64,000 nt of DNA from Phyllobates terribilis (lineage: Eukaryota), in assembly GCF_046119375.1 (NCBI RefSeq), contig NW_027362762.1, positions 471,758,001 through 471,822,000 of the forward strand, in the 5' to 3' direction. The notes below the pieces were generated by a model. The model saw nothing but the letters and a program-made list of their open reading frames with translations. It was not told the origin of the DNA and searched no databases. Of this stretch, positions 62,818-64,000 are shown one piece after another; the first letter of the stretch is position 1, and every line of letters starts with the position of its first letter. The position numbers were made by a program, and so were the translations under genes.

Positions 62818-63299
62818 ACCGCAGTTGTTGAGTACCTGCTTCAACACGTCCGTTGGCATGCAGGTCAGCCTCCGCACATAAAAGATGAGTGACATGGATG
62901 TCTGACATCTGTGCCCTCCTCAAAAACTTTGAGGACTCCACCAAGATGGTGAGCGGCGATGACGCCATAATTAGCATCAACATCCCACTTCTCTGTCTAT
63001 TGAAACGCTCGCTGCTCACAATTAAAGAGAAGGCATTGCAGGCAGAGCAAGGAACTTATACAGGGTGATGTTACCCAGCCCAGCCTCATCTCACCTCAAC
63101 ACGGATTGGGTGATAATGAGGAGGCAGAGGAGGAAGAGAACAAAGACAGTCGTACTCTTGGTGAGAACAGGCAAGTCTTGGTTGTTGGCAGTCAGGCACA
63201 CAAGGCCGACTTTATGTTCCTCTGCCTTTACCATGACCATCACGTTGTATGCATTTTGGGTATTACAGAAAACTGGCATGGCACAAGACAATTCTTGGA

Positions 63300-63830
63300 G
63301 ATGGAGGTGTGAGGTTCTGATTAAGGAGGATGTCAGTCTTAGATCAGTTGTAGAATGGAGGACACTGGAGGGGTGATACACATTATTGAGGTAAGAGATA
63401 TAAGCCGGTGCAGAACTGTAGACAGCTTGGTGGGTGAGAGATGAGTTTGTATTGTATTCTGTAGTGATTGTTTAACCTAACCCGCGCAATGACTGGCACA
63501 GGGTAGACGTGTCAGTAAAGCAGTTTGATACAAATACAACCCTGGCTGCTGCATTCAGAAGGGATTGGAGAAGAGACAGTTTGTTTAGAGGGAGACCGAT
63601 TTGCAGTATCAAAGGTGAGAAAAGGTAGACTTCTGGAGAAGTTTTTAAGGTGCAGGTGACATGAGCGAGTGAGTGATTTTCCACGTTAAATAAAGGAAAG
63701 TTGTGTGTCAAATAGGACTCCAAGATAGCAGGCGTGCCGAGTGGGAGTTATGGTGGCACCACCTAAAGGAAGTTGGAAAGTCAGGTATAGGTAGGTTAGT
63801 AGAGGGAGGAAACTGAAGGAGTTCATTTTT
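63300..63830 (-). mobile_element. L2 LINE fragment (C-terminal RT region) inside J
   Basis: ORFs 63472-63723 (IGLPLNKLSLLQSLLNAAARVVF...LCQSL) and 63708-63893 (ELLQFPPSTNLP). Confidence 0.8.
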
Positions 63831-64000
63831 GAAGATATTAAATTCAGGCTCTTGTTGAAGAATTATAAAATAAAAAAAATTCCCATCTGACAAGGCTGGC
63901 GGCAGAGGTCACACTCAGACAGTTCATTGGACAACCAAGGAGTACAAGCGAGGGAGACAAACCAGATGCTGCAGATGCAGGAGAACTGTCAATCATCTGG

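Larger units (their letters stand above)
57841..64000 (+). mobile_element. hAT copy J (D-type subfamily): pseudogenised transposase from ~58546 with nested L2 fragments and an LTR; runs off the window
   Basis: Degenerate TIR (C)AGGATGAGCGAGCACTAAAATG at ~57841. ATGGGCAAGG at ~58546. ORFs 59918-60430 (BED finger), 60448-60777, 61062-61484 (CLAHVLNL, VTTHWKS) and 62813-63019. Confidence 0.88.

Noticed and set aside
61421-62821. TSD for the 1.39-kb LTR
   Set aside because: The flanks AGAG and ACCG match at only 2/4, so no TSD is claimed.

Overview
Eukaryotic DNA made almost entirely of transposable elements. The repeat content suggests an anuran (frog) genome, which is an inference. I see no intact host gene, RNA gene or CRISPR array. 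From left to right the window holds: a CR1 LINE 3' end, a Ty3/Gypsy gag-protease relic, a Tc1, and a second CR1 split by a TTAA (piggyBac-like) element. From about 13.5 kb to the end there is a ~50 kb nest of one hAT (BED-finger/ZBED-like) transposon family. I label its pseudogenised transposase copies A, D, E, F, H, I and J. The nest also contains two hAT-ended fold-back (palindromic) elements (B and C), solo LTRs, L2 and SINE fragments, a second Tc1 and MITEs. The most notable structure is fourfold. (i) Copies D and J share a catalytic-Asp deletion, an L2 insertion junction and an internal duplication. (ii) E and F form ~5.6 kb inverted arms carrying identical cargo junctions. (iii) The fold-back elements appear to be hAT ends wrapped around palindromic modules. 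(iv) The transposases carry a long N-terminal extension with a conserved GR-rich start and a short conserved W-containing motif. All alignments were made by eye, so boundaries marked '~' and identity estimates are approximate.
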